The notes under the pieces: generated by a model | Databases searched by the model: none | What the model was told of the DNA's origin: nothing | What the model saw: only the letters and a program-made list of their open reading frames with translations | Part shown: piece by piece, positions 29,069 to 39,573 of the stretch | Position numbering within the stretch: position 1 is the stretch's first letter | Layout of the letters: each line of letters opens with the position of its first letter | Virus record (IMG/VR): IMGVR_UViG_3300032562_000003 | Span: 1 to 64,000 of that record | DNA: 64,000 nucleotides | Direction: 5' to 3' (one strand) | Program-made: the position numbers and the translations under genes

Positions 29069-29593
29069 CTAATCCCAAAGCGAACGGTAGTATGTGGCAA
29101 ACAAATCCAATCCTTCTTGGATTCGATCCTCATGCATTTGTGCACCGACATAATCATGCCAATGCTCTCCGGTATTCTTTAATCGGTAAGTTGGTGAAGA
29201 TTTTCCGGTAGTAGGATCAGTGTAAGATTCAACTTTTTCCCATTCTAGAGACAGATCACCATGATGATATTTGTCTTCGTAATCTTCGTATGCGATCTGT
29301 TGAAAAGACCAGATCATCTTGTCTAGTGTTTCTTCCCACTTATCGCAATTTTTTTGAAAGACTTCATCTTTGTCTTCCTTCATGAAATCGAAAACTGCTT
29401 GGTTGGAATAATCCTCACAAGACTCGTCTATAAATTCACCGGGTACACCGTGTTTAGTTTGCTTTAGCTGTATAAGCGCAGGTAGGATAATGAGGGCTAG
29501 AGTATGATCTAGCCCCCAAGTGTCGAATTTATCTATTTCGATACTAATTTTGCGGTGAGCGTTTTTTAGGAATTTTCCCAGACTAACTTTCAT
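29069..29593 (-). CDS. Phage hypothetical protein
   Basis: D.W.LDHTLA.II.P.L..LK...HG.P motif. Confidence 0.75.
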   Translation of the reverse strand: MKVSLGKFLKNAHRKISIEIDKFDTWGLDHTLALIILPALIQLKQTKHGVPGEFIDESCEDYSNQAVFDFMKEDKDEVFQKNCDKWEETLDKMIWSFQQIAYEDYEDKYHHGDLSLEWEKVESYTDPTTGKSSPTYRLKNTGEHWHDYVGAQMHEDRIQEGLDLFATYYRSLWD

Positions 29594-29933
29594 TGCTTAC
29601 TGATTTTGCCTTTCCGTTAATGAACCAAAATATTTTACTCGATCCAATGTCCGTAGGATAAGTAACGAACGCTAGGTTTATCCGTCTAGTATTTGACAGT
29701 TCTGCTGCAAGCCCATCGATTGTGCTTGATTGACCTAAAAAGGCCTTAGTTTCTTTATCATAAAGATAATAGTTTCCTGACTCATATTCTGCAATGCAGA
29801 ACGGAAAAGAAGACTTTCTCTTGATAAACTGATCCAAATTTTTAGTGAGTTCGGCCGTTAGCGCGGATCTAGTGCCGAGATAGTATCCGGCACCCAAACA
29901 GACCAACGCTAACAAGAGAAGTGCTGCATTCAT
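29583..29933 (-). CDS. Membrane-anchored hypothetical protein
   Basis: N-terminal hydrophobic helix; late promoter. Confidence 0.65.
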   Translation of the reverse strand: MNAALLLLALVCLGAGYYLGTRSALTAELTKNLDQFIKRKSSFPFCIAEYESGNYYLYDKETKAFLGQSSTIDGLAAELSNTRRINLAFVTYPTDIGSSKIFWFINGKAKSVSNES

Positions 29934-30180
29934 GATAATATTTATCCTTACCACTCAGGTCCAAAGACAGCCCCGTACATTAACTCAACTTCCTTGTCAA
30001 GCAAGATTCGGTCAAACTGATCAGTCATAGTCAGTTTACCAGTACTTTCAGTGAGACGCACTACCTTACAATCGTAGATGTCGTCTAATTTTGCTTCCCA
30101 GATAATCATAGTTAAATCTCCAAAAACTTGAGTTGAATGCAATATAACAAACAATAGCAGATGAGTCAACAAAAACGGAC

Positions 30181-30247
30181 TAAATAAAGATGTAGTTCGC
30201 GGATCTAGGAAATCCCAACTACTCTAACGCTATATAGGAGCATCAGC
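30181..30247 (+). promoter_or_regulatory. Late promoter + two-hairpin structured leader of the HEG (copy B)
   Basis: TAAATA..GTAGTT-CGC-GGAT-loop-ATCC-C-AACTAC-TCTAACGCTA..AGGAGCATCAGCATG. Confidence 0.7.
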
Positions 30248-30910
30248 ATGACTATTTATTTGTACAAGAAGACCCACAATAAAACCGGCTTACAATATCT
30301 TGGTAAGACCGAAAAGGATCCATATACCTATTGTGGTTCTGGTACTCGCTGGTTAACCCATCTTGATAAGCACGGCACTGACTTAACTACAGAAATCATC
30401 AAAGAATGTGCTACTAAAGAAGAAATGACTTACTGGGGCTCCTACTACAGCGAACTCTGGAATATTGTAAAGAGTGATGAATGGGCTAACCTAAGACCAG
30501 AAACCGGCGACGGAGGAGACACGAGCAAAACGGAGAACTTTAAGAAATGGATTCCCCGTATGGTTGAGGAAAATAAGCTACGCAGATGGTGGAACAATGG
30601 AACTAACCAAGTGTTTGAGCAACTACCACCAGATGATAGTTATGTTCCAGGTAGATTACAGTTTAACAACCTTGGTGCCAAAATAGGAACTGATAGACAA
30701 CGAGGAAAGGTTTGGATCAATAACGGGAAGCATGAAATGATGGTTCATGGTAATGGCATTCCCGCCGGATATACCGTAGGGAGATTATCATCTCCTAAGA
30801 AGAACAAGCCCAACTTACACGCAGCCGGTACTAAGTGGTGGAACAACGGAATCAAATCTACTATGGCAAGAGAATGCCCTGGACCCGAATGGACCCGAGG
30901 CAGACTTTAA
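30248..30910 (+). mobile_element. Free-standing GIY-YIG homing endonuclease, paralogue of 9490..10221
   Basis: MTIYLYKKTHNKTGL.YLGKT identical start; WWNNG/WINNG repeats. Confidence 0.85.
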
Positions 30911-31794
30911 TCTCTTGACCAGTTGACACCGTCAAACTTCTCCGGCATGTTATCCAAATCAATGAATCGTAGCTTGAAGTTTGCTGCGTTTGGTTCGTGC
31001 CCTGCATAACCTCGAGGGTTAGCTACGACAAAGGTATCACCCATATAGTAACTATGAGGATTATGAACATGTCCCAAAGTCCACAGGACTATCTGAGGAT
31101 GATCTAGGATGAACTCTGACAGGTCGCTATAGTAGCCACCGTTCATCCAGGTGTCCTTCTTATACATTTCATGAATGCTAAGCGATGTAGGAGCATGGTG
31201 TCCAACCACCACATACTTCTTAGTAGCATCACTTTCAACCACCTCCTGAATGTAATTCAGTGTGGCTTCGTGATGCAGCACAGCATCCAATGGGCTGAAC
31301 CTAGCATAGTTACGCCGGCTATTACGAATGATCCTAAAATCATTCATCATACCCTCGATGACATGCATAGTAGTAGGATCACGCTTGTTCATGTTTGACC
31401 AAAGTGTTCCGCCCACAAATGTAACATCGTCAATTACAACGGTGTCCATGTCAAGAAAGTGAATGTTAGGATAGTTCGTAAATTCTTCACGCAGCCAACC
31501 ATAAACATCAGGATAGGGACCATGATAAAACTCGTGGTTGCCCGCCACATATACCACATGCTCATATTCATCACTCACATGCTTGAAGAACTCACGATAC
31601 CTTACAGCGCCGCCTTGGTTTCTGCCAGGCTTCATCGCATCTTCTGGCACAGGCTTATCGATGGGATGATCATGTAGTGAGTGAGCTACACAGATATCGC
31701 CGGATAGGATCAGAACATCGGCCCCGTCGGTGTTGGTAAGGGTGATGGGCGCGATCTCCAAATGAAGATCCGATGCCAAAGCTATCTTAATCAT
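30907..31794 (-). CDS. Calcineurin-like metallophosphoesterase
   Basis: SDLHLE, SGD, GNHE, HHAP, GHVH. Confidence 0.9.
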   Translation of the reverse strand: MIKIALASDLHLEIAPITLTNTDGADVLILSGDICVAHSLHDHPIDKPVPEDAMKPGRNQGGAVRYREFFKHVSDEYEHVVYVAGNHEFYHGPYPDVYGWLREEFTNYPNIHFLDMDTVVIDDVTFVGGTLWSNMNKRDPTTMHVIEGMMNDFRIIRNSRRNYARFSPLDAVLHHEATLNYIQEVVESDATKKYVVVGHHAPTSLSIHEMYKKDTWMNGGYYSDLSEFILDHPQIVLWTLGHVHNPHSYYMGDTFVVANPRGYAGHEPNAANFKLRFIDLDNMPEKFDGVNWSRD

Positions 31795-31844
31795 TTATTA
31801 TACTCCTATCAATCTAAACATATTATCATAGGAGTATTTGAGTG

Positions 31845-32339
31845 TCAAGCAGTATGCCTGTGTTCCTCACAGAGAGTACGAAACCAGGGTCCGTCGGAGC
31901 CATCGCCGGGACTTCCGCAAACCTCACACATGACACCGGACATGTTTTCAGCCATATCAACTAGTCCACGAATGTAATTGTCCCCGCCGCAATAATAAAA
32001 TCGCAGAGTACCAAACTTTTCTTTGACTTGCGTGGCTACAACTTGTTCAATCGGATCGGGAATGGTTCGAGGTTCTTTGCCCCAAACATCCGCCCAGTTT
32101 TCCCAATTGTTATTTTTTGCGGTTTCTAAGTCAGCATTAAACTTGATAGTCCAATCTATGTCGCGTTGAACCTGATCGATATGATTTTGAATGGATATGC
32201 ACAACATATTGATAATAGGATACCATCCATCATCAATGTCAAATCCCCAGCACATCGAGGTCTGATCCATTGGTCCATTCCGATCCTTAAAGATCAACGG
32301 ATACTTCCTGCACAGTTCTTCATCTAGGTCTTTTTTCAT
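31845..32339 (-). CDS. Phage hypothetical protein
   Basis: QVKEKFGTLRFY, CEVCG, TLC. Confidence 0.75.
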   Translation of the reverse strand: MKKDLDEELCRKYPLIFKDRNGPMDQTSMCWGFDIDDGWYPIINMLCISIQNHIDQVQRDIDWTIKFNADLETAKNNNWENWADVWGKEPRTIPDPIEQVVATQVKEKFGTLRFYYCGGDNYIRGLVDMAENMSGVMCEVCGSPGDGSDGPWFRTLCEEHRHTA

Positions 32340-32474
32340 GGTGAAATCTTAACTCCCAATGCAATGCTCAATTGCTTAGCCAATCGAAGGGCACGCAGTT
32401 CTCCTTGCCAAACAAAGTCAGCCACAAACACTCCGTGCTAATAAAGATTTAGTTACTAAAAATAGTAGAGAAGG

Positions 32475-32882
32475 TCAGCGCCGCATTCGGGCGATTTCTT
32501 CCATTTGATTCTTGTTGATTACCGGAACTGCATTAGATTTATGCATAGTTGCGATGCCAGTAATCAACGTGCCGGTGTACTTATTTTCGGTCCTCGCAGC
32601 GACTGAACCCACTTGATCGCCGTAGGATGGAATCTTAGGACTTTGTCGAATGTGTGACTTAGCGTAGAGAGGTTCTTCAATGATTTTGGGTTGGTACTTA
32701 AGCTTACCCTGACGATAAGCAATATATTCATCTACAGTGCGTTCCTTGAGGCCCAAACGCTTTCGTTGCTTGTTGTGTTCACGAAAGTCAGTAGCAACTT
32801 TAGCATCAATGGTCACACCTTTGCTCTTACGCTTCTTAGAAGAAATCGTAGAATAAGCAGGACCGAGTAGATGCATAGTCAT
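32475..32882 (-). CDS. T4-like conserved hypothetical protein
   Basis: GIATMHKSNAVPV C-terminal motif. Confidence 0.7.
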   Translation of the reverse strand: MTMHLLGPAYSTISSKKRKSKGVTIDAKVATDFREHNKQRKRLGLKERTVDEYIAYRQGKLKYQPKIIEEPLYAKSHIRQSPKIPSYGDQVGSVAARTENKYTGTLITGIATMHKSNAVPVINKNQMEEIARMRR

Positions 32883-33491
32883 TGAAATACTCCTTAGTCG
32901 ATTATTGATTGTATCAAAGCGGTTGGATATTGTCAATCCTTAAAGTGGTCCAGCCAAACCGCAATAACCGTGTTCACCCTCGCTTACAACGGTTTTTCCG
33001 TTAGCAACAAAGGCCACTAGCTCATCCTGAATCCACCTCCAAGCCATACAACGTCCACCTATACAATGTGTGCCAGCCGGCGTAACTGCGGAGTCACCTC
33101 GGTTGTATGAGCCATGTGAATGATACTTCGCTGAATGCGGGCACCACTTATCCATTGCTTCCTGTTCAGTCATGCATTTTCCTTAAAATGGAATTTCGTC
33201 ATCATCGTCATTCTGATGCTTTACGGGATTTGACTTGATAAAGATGTAGTCCCTGATGATTGGACCGCCGTGGTTATCTACTTGTTCTTGAATCCACTGC
33301 AGTGGCTCCTTCATTAAATAACCACTGTTCAAATTTCATATTCTGATTGGATTTTCTATTAGCATGAGCGTATGATTGCCTCCATCCAACTTTGGCACCG
33401 CGCAACTCCGATGCATTTGGATAGTTTTCTTCCAACCAGGTTAACCAAATTCGATCTAGTGTTTTTGGACCGAGATATGCTGGCGTAACCT

Positions 33492-33878
33492 TCATGACTC
33501 GACGTGCTTACAAGTTTTTCGAAAACTGAATCCAGGACATGTACAAGTGGATTTACCATTTTCAGTAGTGACAATGTATGTACTACCTTTAGATCCTTGA
33601 ACGATTTTGGTCACCTTATCAGACTTTGCTGGCACGTAGTCAGTCACCGCCCCGTTCACCTCAACAATGTTTTCACGCAGAATACGCCGCATGGGAAAGT
33701 GGGGGATGCCAGAAGTAATACCAATTTCTTCTGCACTCTGCCAGGATTGACGAACAATCGTGCCCGTATATTCGACAAACTCCGGGATCACGATATGTTT
33801 GGCAACACGATCACGCGAAGCCCAATACGGGTTGCGAACCTTAATCGTGACGCGACTGCCTTCAGCGAGCATGTCCAT
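33492..33878 (-). CDS. SWIM zinc-finger protein
   Basis: GSKG..Y.V...CTCPGF.FR..CKH. Confidence 0.8.
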   Translation of the reverse strand: MDMLAEGSRVTIKVRNPYWASRDRVAKHIVIPEFVEYTGTIVRQSWQSAEEIGITSGIPHFPMRRILRENIVEVNGAVTDYVPAKSDKVTKIVQGSKGSTYIVTTENGKSTCTCPGFSFRKTCKHVES

Positions 33879-33880
33879 TT

Positions 33881-35654
33881 TTACACCATAGCCGCTTCGG
33901 CGGCTTCAAAGATGTTGATACAATCGGGCTGTTCTTTAGTCGTGAATTCATACCACAGCCCCAGATTCACATTTTCGTACTGACCTTCTTCGGCCCGCTC
34001 ACGAATACCGCATTCAAGGTCGATGACATGCTTGCCTTTAAGAATGTCACAAATGCCCCAATGGTTAGTTTTCACGTCACCGTAAAACACAATAGCACGA
34101 ACGAACCCGTTATGCTCGCCGGTGCGTTCGTCGCTGCAACGTTCGTAAGTGAGAGCAAAGTCGGTCATCTGTCAGCTCCTTCAATCAGCTTGTGATTCTT
34201 TATAGCTAATTGAGAAACGGGTGTCAACCGAATTTATTGTTTGGTGCAAATATATTCTTTAGGTGCAAGATATATCATTTGCGAGTCTAATGCTGCTTTC
34301 ACCTGATCCTTAGGCATCATGTGATACGGATCCAGTTTCTGTTCGTAGATGCTACGAATAGCTGCGTTACAGCTAGCCAACGTAGAGTAGCTACCCATTG
34401 AAGTATGCATAGCCAAAGAAATCAAAAAATACATTGTTTTACCTCATCAATAAAAAATAAACTAACAGTTTTTCGTCGTCAAATACAAGATACCAAGGGG
34501 TTGCCCCGTACCTCGTAAATCTCCAACCCTTACCGCCTATGCTTTTTGCAGTGTAGTGAGTGCGCGGCCCAACATGCTTAACTAACCACTGAATGATATC
34601 CTCATTCGGAACACATTCTATTTTGGTCGCGCACTCACTCATGTTTAATCGTTGGAGTTGTAGTTGGTAGACTTGAACATGAGGCTGAACAGAACCATCA
34701 GACCCCAAGCTTGCATCCAGCCGATCGGCTTAGCAAAGGTTACTGCCGGAACTAGACATCCGTTCCAAAGCATCATCGCGGGCCAACTAAGTAGAATACC
34801 TAGAATAAGAGCGACAACAAACAAAACCAAAGCCTTGATAAGAGCTTCCATAGTATTTTTCCTAATTAAAGTTTTTCATGATGAAGGTCTACGCCTTCAG
34901 AGTAGTACCCGTTTGACGCGCCCAACCACCTAACATCTACAAATCCCTTAAAGGTAGCGAATTTGTAGAAGGTCCAGGTGCACGATTCTCCTTCATAGTC
35001 CGGAGATTCGCCGTTGACTTCTGCGGCGACGAGCAGAGGCCAAAGTTCAAGGTCTTCCAAATCTCCCCAGATTTCCTCAATTCTGACAGTTTCACAACAA
35101 TCTTGAACATGCGTAAAGGTGTATCTCTCCTCGGCATTTTCAAAAACCATACAATCATCGTCAGCGTAAACCTTAGTAAAGATTTTGCCGACCATATCAC
35201 TTACATTAGGAGACATTTACCTTCAATCCCAATAGAGTGTTGCAGGCGGTATTTTCATCGGGCCAGAAATGCTTGCATTCACCGTCCACTTGATATTGGT
35301 TGAATTCGGCAAGAACCGCAAAGATAGAGGTATAACGTTCCTTAGCCATCTTAATGAGAATAGTGTGAGCCCTGTCCATCGTCATTTTGATTCTCACATC
35401 GACCAATAGCTTTCCCGACTGGGATCACAACATCCGGGAGTGTTCGTCGGGATTTGAATTTCCTTACCAGTCATCAGATTGCGAACAGTCTTCATGCCGA
35501 CCACCTTGTTGTGATAGTCTTCATTGCTCGCATAAGCATACTGAACACTGCCAGCGTTACGGTTCATGCAAGTGCGTCCGCGCTTGGCGCCAGTCTCGTC
35601 TTTGTAAGACTTGCTCAGTTGAGTCGAAGCGATGTGATAGACGATGTACGACAT
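33881..35654 (-). CDS. Array of small early hypothetical genes (33881, 34234, 34439, 34645, 34866, 35206, 35394)
   Basis: Contiguous minus-strand ORFs with RBSs and TTGAC promoters. Confidence 0.7.
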
Positions 35655-35730
35655 TGCAAGTTCCTCGTGTTTGTGTGCGAGAGCACCGTTGCTCTCTATG
35701 TTCTGAATATACAGATATGGATATCCGAAG

Positions 35731-36309
35731 TCAACCGATATTAGCCATTTTCTTTTGAGTGAGTTTTCGGTGTTCTTGTTCGGTCATGTTTTGGTCGTTT
35801 AGATACCAAGCCCGATTGCCGTTCTCCCATTCAACCGCCGGGCCGTCTTCTCGGTGACGTTGCCCGTTAAGATACCAATGCCGATCGCCGTTCGCATATT
35901 CAATAGCAGGGCCGCCTTCTCGGTGACGTTGCCCGTTAAGATACCAATGCCGATCGCCGTTCGCATATTCAATAGCAGGGCCGCCTTCTCGGTGACGTTG
36001 CCCGTTAAGATACCAATGCCGACCGAAGTTCGCATCTTCAACCGCCGGGCCGCCTTCTCGGTGGTATTCTCCGTAGCGATACCAATACCGAGTTCCATCC
36101 GCATATTCAACCGCCGGGCCGTCTTCTCGGTGACGTTGCCCGTTAAGATACCAATCCCGAATGCCGTTCGCATATTCACACGCCGGGCCGTCTTCTCGGT
36201 GAAGTTGTCCGTTTAGACACCACTCCCGATTTCCGAATACGTCCACGTTAATAGTATACCCCTTAAGGATATACCACATCTTTTGTTCGCCAGATAGCGG
36301 CGGTAGCAT
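35731..36309 (-). CDS. 22-aa repeat protein, paralogue 3 (6 units)
   Basis: Six 66-bp repeats; shared termini. Confidence 0.9.
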   Translation of the reverse strand: MLPPLSGEQKMWYILKGYTINVDVFGNREWCLNGQLHREDGPACEYANGIRDWYLNGQRHREDGPAVEYADGTRYWYRYGEYHREGGPAVEDANFGRHWYLNGQRHREGGPAIEYANGDRHWYLNGQRHREGGPAIEYANGDRHWYLNGQRHREDGPAVEWENGNRAWYLNDQNMTEQEHRKLTQKKMANIG

Positions 36310-36448
36310 TTCAATAGATCCTAAACAGATAACTATTAGTACCCTTGCTGAACCAAATCTCCACGACCAAAGCGGACAGCGGATCGTAGAACAGTTCGTT
36401 CTTCTCGCTAGTCTTTAGGTGATTAGGAAAATCAGGATTATCAACCTG

Positions 36449-37039
36449 CTAGTCGCGCTTAGTGACGATCTTATCGATAAGCCCGTATTCCAAAGCTTCT
36501 TGGGCAGACATAAACTTATCGCGGTCCATGTCACGCTCAAAATCTGCATACGTCTTTCCGGCAGAGTTATGTTCGACGTAGATTTCAGTCAAACGCTTCT
36601 TGAGATAGGTGATCTCCTTGTAAGAAATCTCGATATCACTTTGCATTCCGCGGGCGCCACCAGATGGTTGGTGAATCATGTGACGAGCGTTCGGAAGCAT
36701 AAATCGCTTTCCAGCTGCACCTGCCTGAGCAAGCAATGATCCCATCGAGCAGGCCTGTCCCATCACGATAGTGGAAACATCAGGCTTGATGAACTGAATA
36801 GCATCGTAGATCGCCATGCCAGCAGTAACGGAGCCACCTGGCGAGTTTATATAGAGCGAAATGTCAGCAGAAGAATCTTCGGATTCTAGGTAGAGCAATT
36901 GCGCTACGATAAGGTTAGCCATTTGATCATGAACTTCACCCTCCAAAAGAATCACTCTGTCTCTGAGAAGGCGCGAATAAATGTCATAACTTCTTTCGCC
37001 ACGGCTGGTTTGTTCAAGTACGATTGGAACGAGACTCAT
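36449..37039 (-). CDS. clpP: ATP-dependent Clp protease proteolytic subunit
   Basis: [31 protein letters not shown]. Confidence 0.97.
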   Translation of the reverse strand: MSLVPIVLEQTSRGERSYDIYSRLLRDRVILLEGEVHDQMANLIVAQLLYLESEDSSADISLYINSPGGSVTAGMAIYDAIQFIKPDVSTIVMGQACSMGSLLAQAGAAGKRFMLPNARHMIHQPSGGARGMQSDIEISYKEITYLKKRLTEIYVEHNSAGKTYADFERDMDRDKFMSAQEALEYGLIDKIVTKRD

Positions 37040-37107
37040 TTAATATCCTTTGTTTGAGTTTATAGATTTATGTTATATAAGCAGGCAGTGAAAAGCAAAT
37101 GTTTCGG

Positions 37108-38049
37108 CTACCAATTTGGAATACTTAACGAAACCTTAGGCATCGCTTCACTTTCGGGTGCATACAGATATGCGCACTCGACCTTAATTTTACCCTTCAT
37201 TTCTTCGTAGGTGGTGAAATACTGTGCTTTTTCTTTTGGAACATCTATCATCAATATTCCATCAAACTTAGATAGGGTTTTGTAGTTGTTATATCCTGCT
37301 CGTAGAAGCTCGTCTAAAATAGTTTCTTTGTCACCGGTCACTAATGCCGTTTCAAATGCATTAGTATCTGTAGCAGTGAATAATCCAGTAGCTATTGTTT
37401 TACATACGTCAGGTAAATTAGTAGTAGGTATCTTAGGTCGATAGATATAAATCCAATCGGAGATAGATAATCTATCTGGTATCGAACTCCCGCTCTGGCC
37501 TTCAATAGCATGTTTTATAGCCGGCATGTTCATGTTAGCCTTGCGTGTATTTAACCATCGTCCGCCAGATTTAATCTTAGTCTTAACTTCAACGCAGATA
37601 CCGCCGACTACGATATCACCGCCACCAGGAACTTGTCCGTTCCATCGGATGGTAGGATTCATAGCTGCAATAGCAACCTCTCCGGGCCCAACACCCTGTG
37701 ACACCAAAGAAATACACAACTCCTTGTATAAGATAGCAGAAAAGCCTGAGCCAACTAACTCCCTAAAGGTGTGTGGATTCTTGTCTAGTAGTAAAGATAC
37801 ATCTAAGACACCTTTAGGATATCTGTTCAAGAAATCATTTTTCTCGATGACCGGAACATCAATGCTAATTATAGTGTTTGCTATTTGATCTGCAAAAGCA
37901 GCAGCAGTAGGATTAGTTTTTAGGACATTTAACGCTCGATTGCGAATATCGCCGTGCTCAAGAACCTTAAGTGAATTGGTCAATACACATAAATCGGTAG
38001 TGTTATTTATTAAATCTAGCATTTGATTTTTGATACGGGTAATAGTCAT
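37108..38049 (-). CDS. PD-(D/E)xK restriction-endonuclease-like protein
   Basis: G.GPGE...GD....VEVK. Confidence 0.5.
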   Translation of the reverse strand: MTITRIKNQMLDLINNTTDLCVLTNSLKVLEHGDIRNRALNVLKTNPTAAAFADQIANTIISIDVPVIEKNDFLNRYPKGVLDVSLLLDKNPHTFRELVGSGFSAILYKELCISLVSQGVGPGEVAIAAMNPTIRWNGQVPGGGDIVVGGICVEVKTKIKSGGRWLNTRKANMNMPAIKHAIEGQSGSSIPDRLSISDWIYIYRPKIPTTNLPDVCKTIATGLFTATDTNAFETALVTGDKETILDELLRAGYNNYKTLSKFDGILMIDVPKEKAQYFTTYEEMKGKIKVECAYLYAPESEAMPKVSLSIPNW

Positions 38050-38125
38050 ATTTTCTCTTTATTAGTTTAGTCCTATGGTAGTCATCATAAATACACTTGA
38101 AGACCAACAAATAGGAGAATATTTT

Positions 38126-38509
38126 ATGGTATTTCTATTAGGAATAATCGTAGTTGCAGCAGTAGCTACAGTTGTTTATTTTTATTACAAAAAGAATAAC
38201 AAGTCTATAACACAGGTTACCGAAACAGTTACTAGCGAGGCAGCCAAAGTAGAAGCAGTTATTGAAAAATATGCGCCGCAGGCTGAGGCAGTTGCTGCAA
38301 ATGTTGAAGTGGCTGTTAAACAATATGCACCGGAAGTCCAAGAAGTTGCTGAAAAGGTTGAAGATGTAGTTGAAGTAGCCTTAAAGAAGGCATCTCCTCG
38401 TATTAAGGCCGCTGCTAAGCAAGTCGAAAATGTAGTAGTTAATGAAGCTGAATCCGTAGTGAAGAAGGCCGGCACTCCACGTAAGCCTAAGCTAGATGTT
38501 GCAAAATAA
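38126..38509 (+). CDS. Membrane-anchored helical protein
   Basis: N-terminal TM, internal KY/QYAP repeats; late promoter. Confidence 0.65.
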   Translation: MVFLLGIIVVAAVATVVYFYYKKNNKSITQVTETVTSEAAKVEAVIEKYAPQAEAVAANVEVAVKQYAPEVQEVAEKVEDVVEVALKKASPRIKAAAKQVENVVVNEAESVVKKAGTPRKPKLDVAK

Positions 38510-38515
38510 TTATAC

Positions 38516-39214
38516 ATGCAAGACATAGGCTTTGATGTAATCAGTGACCTTAATCTATCTTCCCATGACAGTTTTAATTGGGAAGGTAAGGCAACCAGCC
38601 TTTATTGTATAGTTGCAGGTAATGTCAGTTCTGACATAATGACAGTCCTTCAAACATTAGCACATTTGGGTAGATTCTATCAAGGAGTATTCTATACTCC
38701 AGGTATATTAGAATACGAAACAGCCATTGATATTGTTTCTAGAACCGAAGAGCTAATGTCTATTTCACAAAGTCTACCTAAAGTCTGTATGCTTCATCAG
38801 CACGTTGTAATTATTGACGGTATTGCTATTGTAGGCATAAATGGATGGAGTAACGTTAGCGATGCTCTTACACTAGAGAATCTTTTACCGGCAGCAGCAA
38901 GACACGAAGATATTACATATCTACACAAAGCTATCGGTAAATTGCAAAAACACCTAGATGTTAAGAAAATAATCGTAGTGTCTAACGCAGTACCTAATCC
39001 AAATCTATATTTCGGTGAAGGACCCAATGTCGTAGAAGACCAAATACCACTAAATGTTTCTTTGGATAGTGATACCGAACACAAAGTAACACATTGGGTA
39101 TTTGGCACCTACGATAAGGGGTCTGATACTGTAGTTAGTAACATCAACTACATTAATAATCCATACATTAAAAAGTCGCCCTATTGGGCTAAGCGAATCA
39201 CAGTATTAGTTTGA
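38516..39214 (+). CDS. Degenerate metallophosphoesterase-fold protein
   Basis: ISDLNL, AGNV, PGILE, WVFGTY: metal-binding His/Asp replaced. Confidence 0.6.
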   Translation: MQDIGFDVISDLNLSSHDSFNWEGKATSLYCIVAGNVSSDIMTVLQTLAHLGRFYQGVFYTPGILEYETAIDIVSRTEELMSISQSLPKVCMLHQHVVIIDGIAIVGINGWSNVSDALTLENLLPAAARHEDITYLHKAIGKLQKHLDVKKIIVVSNAVPNPNLYFGEGPNVVEDQIPLNVSLDSDTEHKVTHWVFGTYDKGSDTVVSNINYINNPYIKKSPYWAKRITVLV

Positions 39215-39514
39215 TTCTGCTTCTACCTTCACTTGTAGAGGATATCCTTGTGCACGGGCATCAAGCGTGACTTCAATTCCTTTCTGTTCGGCGATTTCAT
39301 ATGGCAGAACAGCAACCACCGCGCTACCTTGCTCATGAATATCAACAGTAATGACTGATGCAGTGTCTGGATTGTAATTAAAGTACTCAACGAGAGAACT
39401 AATCACGAATTCCATAGAAGTATGATTATCATTGATGTAGATAATCTTGTATAGTGGCGGCTCCTTAAGAGCTACGTTAGGCTTAATTTTGCTTTTGATT
39501 TCTGCATTTGCCAT
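39206..39514 (-). CDS. clpS: Clp protease adaptor ClpS
   Basis: PPLYKII.INDN.TSMEFV...IHEQG.AVV...YEIAE.K...YPL. Confidence 0.92.
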   Translation of the reverse strand: MANAEIKSKIKPNVALKEPPLYKIIYINDNHTSMEFVISSLVEYFNYNPDTASVITVDIHEQGSAVVAVLPYEIAEQKGIEVTLDARAQGYPLQVKVEAESN

Positions 39515-39532
39515 TTTATTAATCCTTGATAG

Positions 39533-39563
39533 TGTGCTTGCAGCCACATCGGCTGCAAGCACT
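39533..39563. terminator. Strong hairpin between hsp20 and clpS
   Basis: GTGCTTGCAGCC-ACATC-GGCTGCAAGCAC. Confidence 0.6.
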
Positions 39564-39573
39564 ATTATTTATA

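Noticed and set aside
35731-36309. 66-bp tandem repeats as a CRISPR array
   Set aside because: In-frame coding repeats with no unique spacers; no cas genes
36311-36451. Stop-codon reassignment (TAG read-through after clpP; TAA at 60091)
   Set aside because: Conserved genes end at expected positions with TAG/TAA/TGA, and no suppressor tRNA was seen
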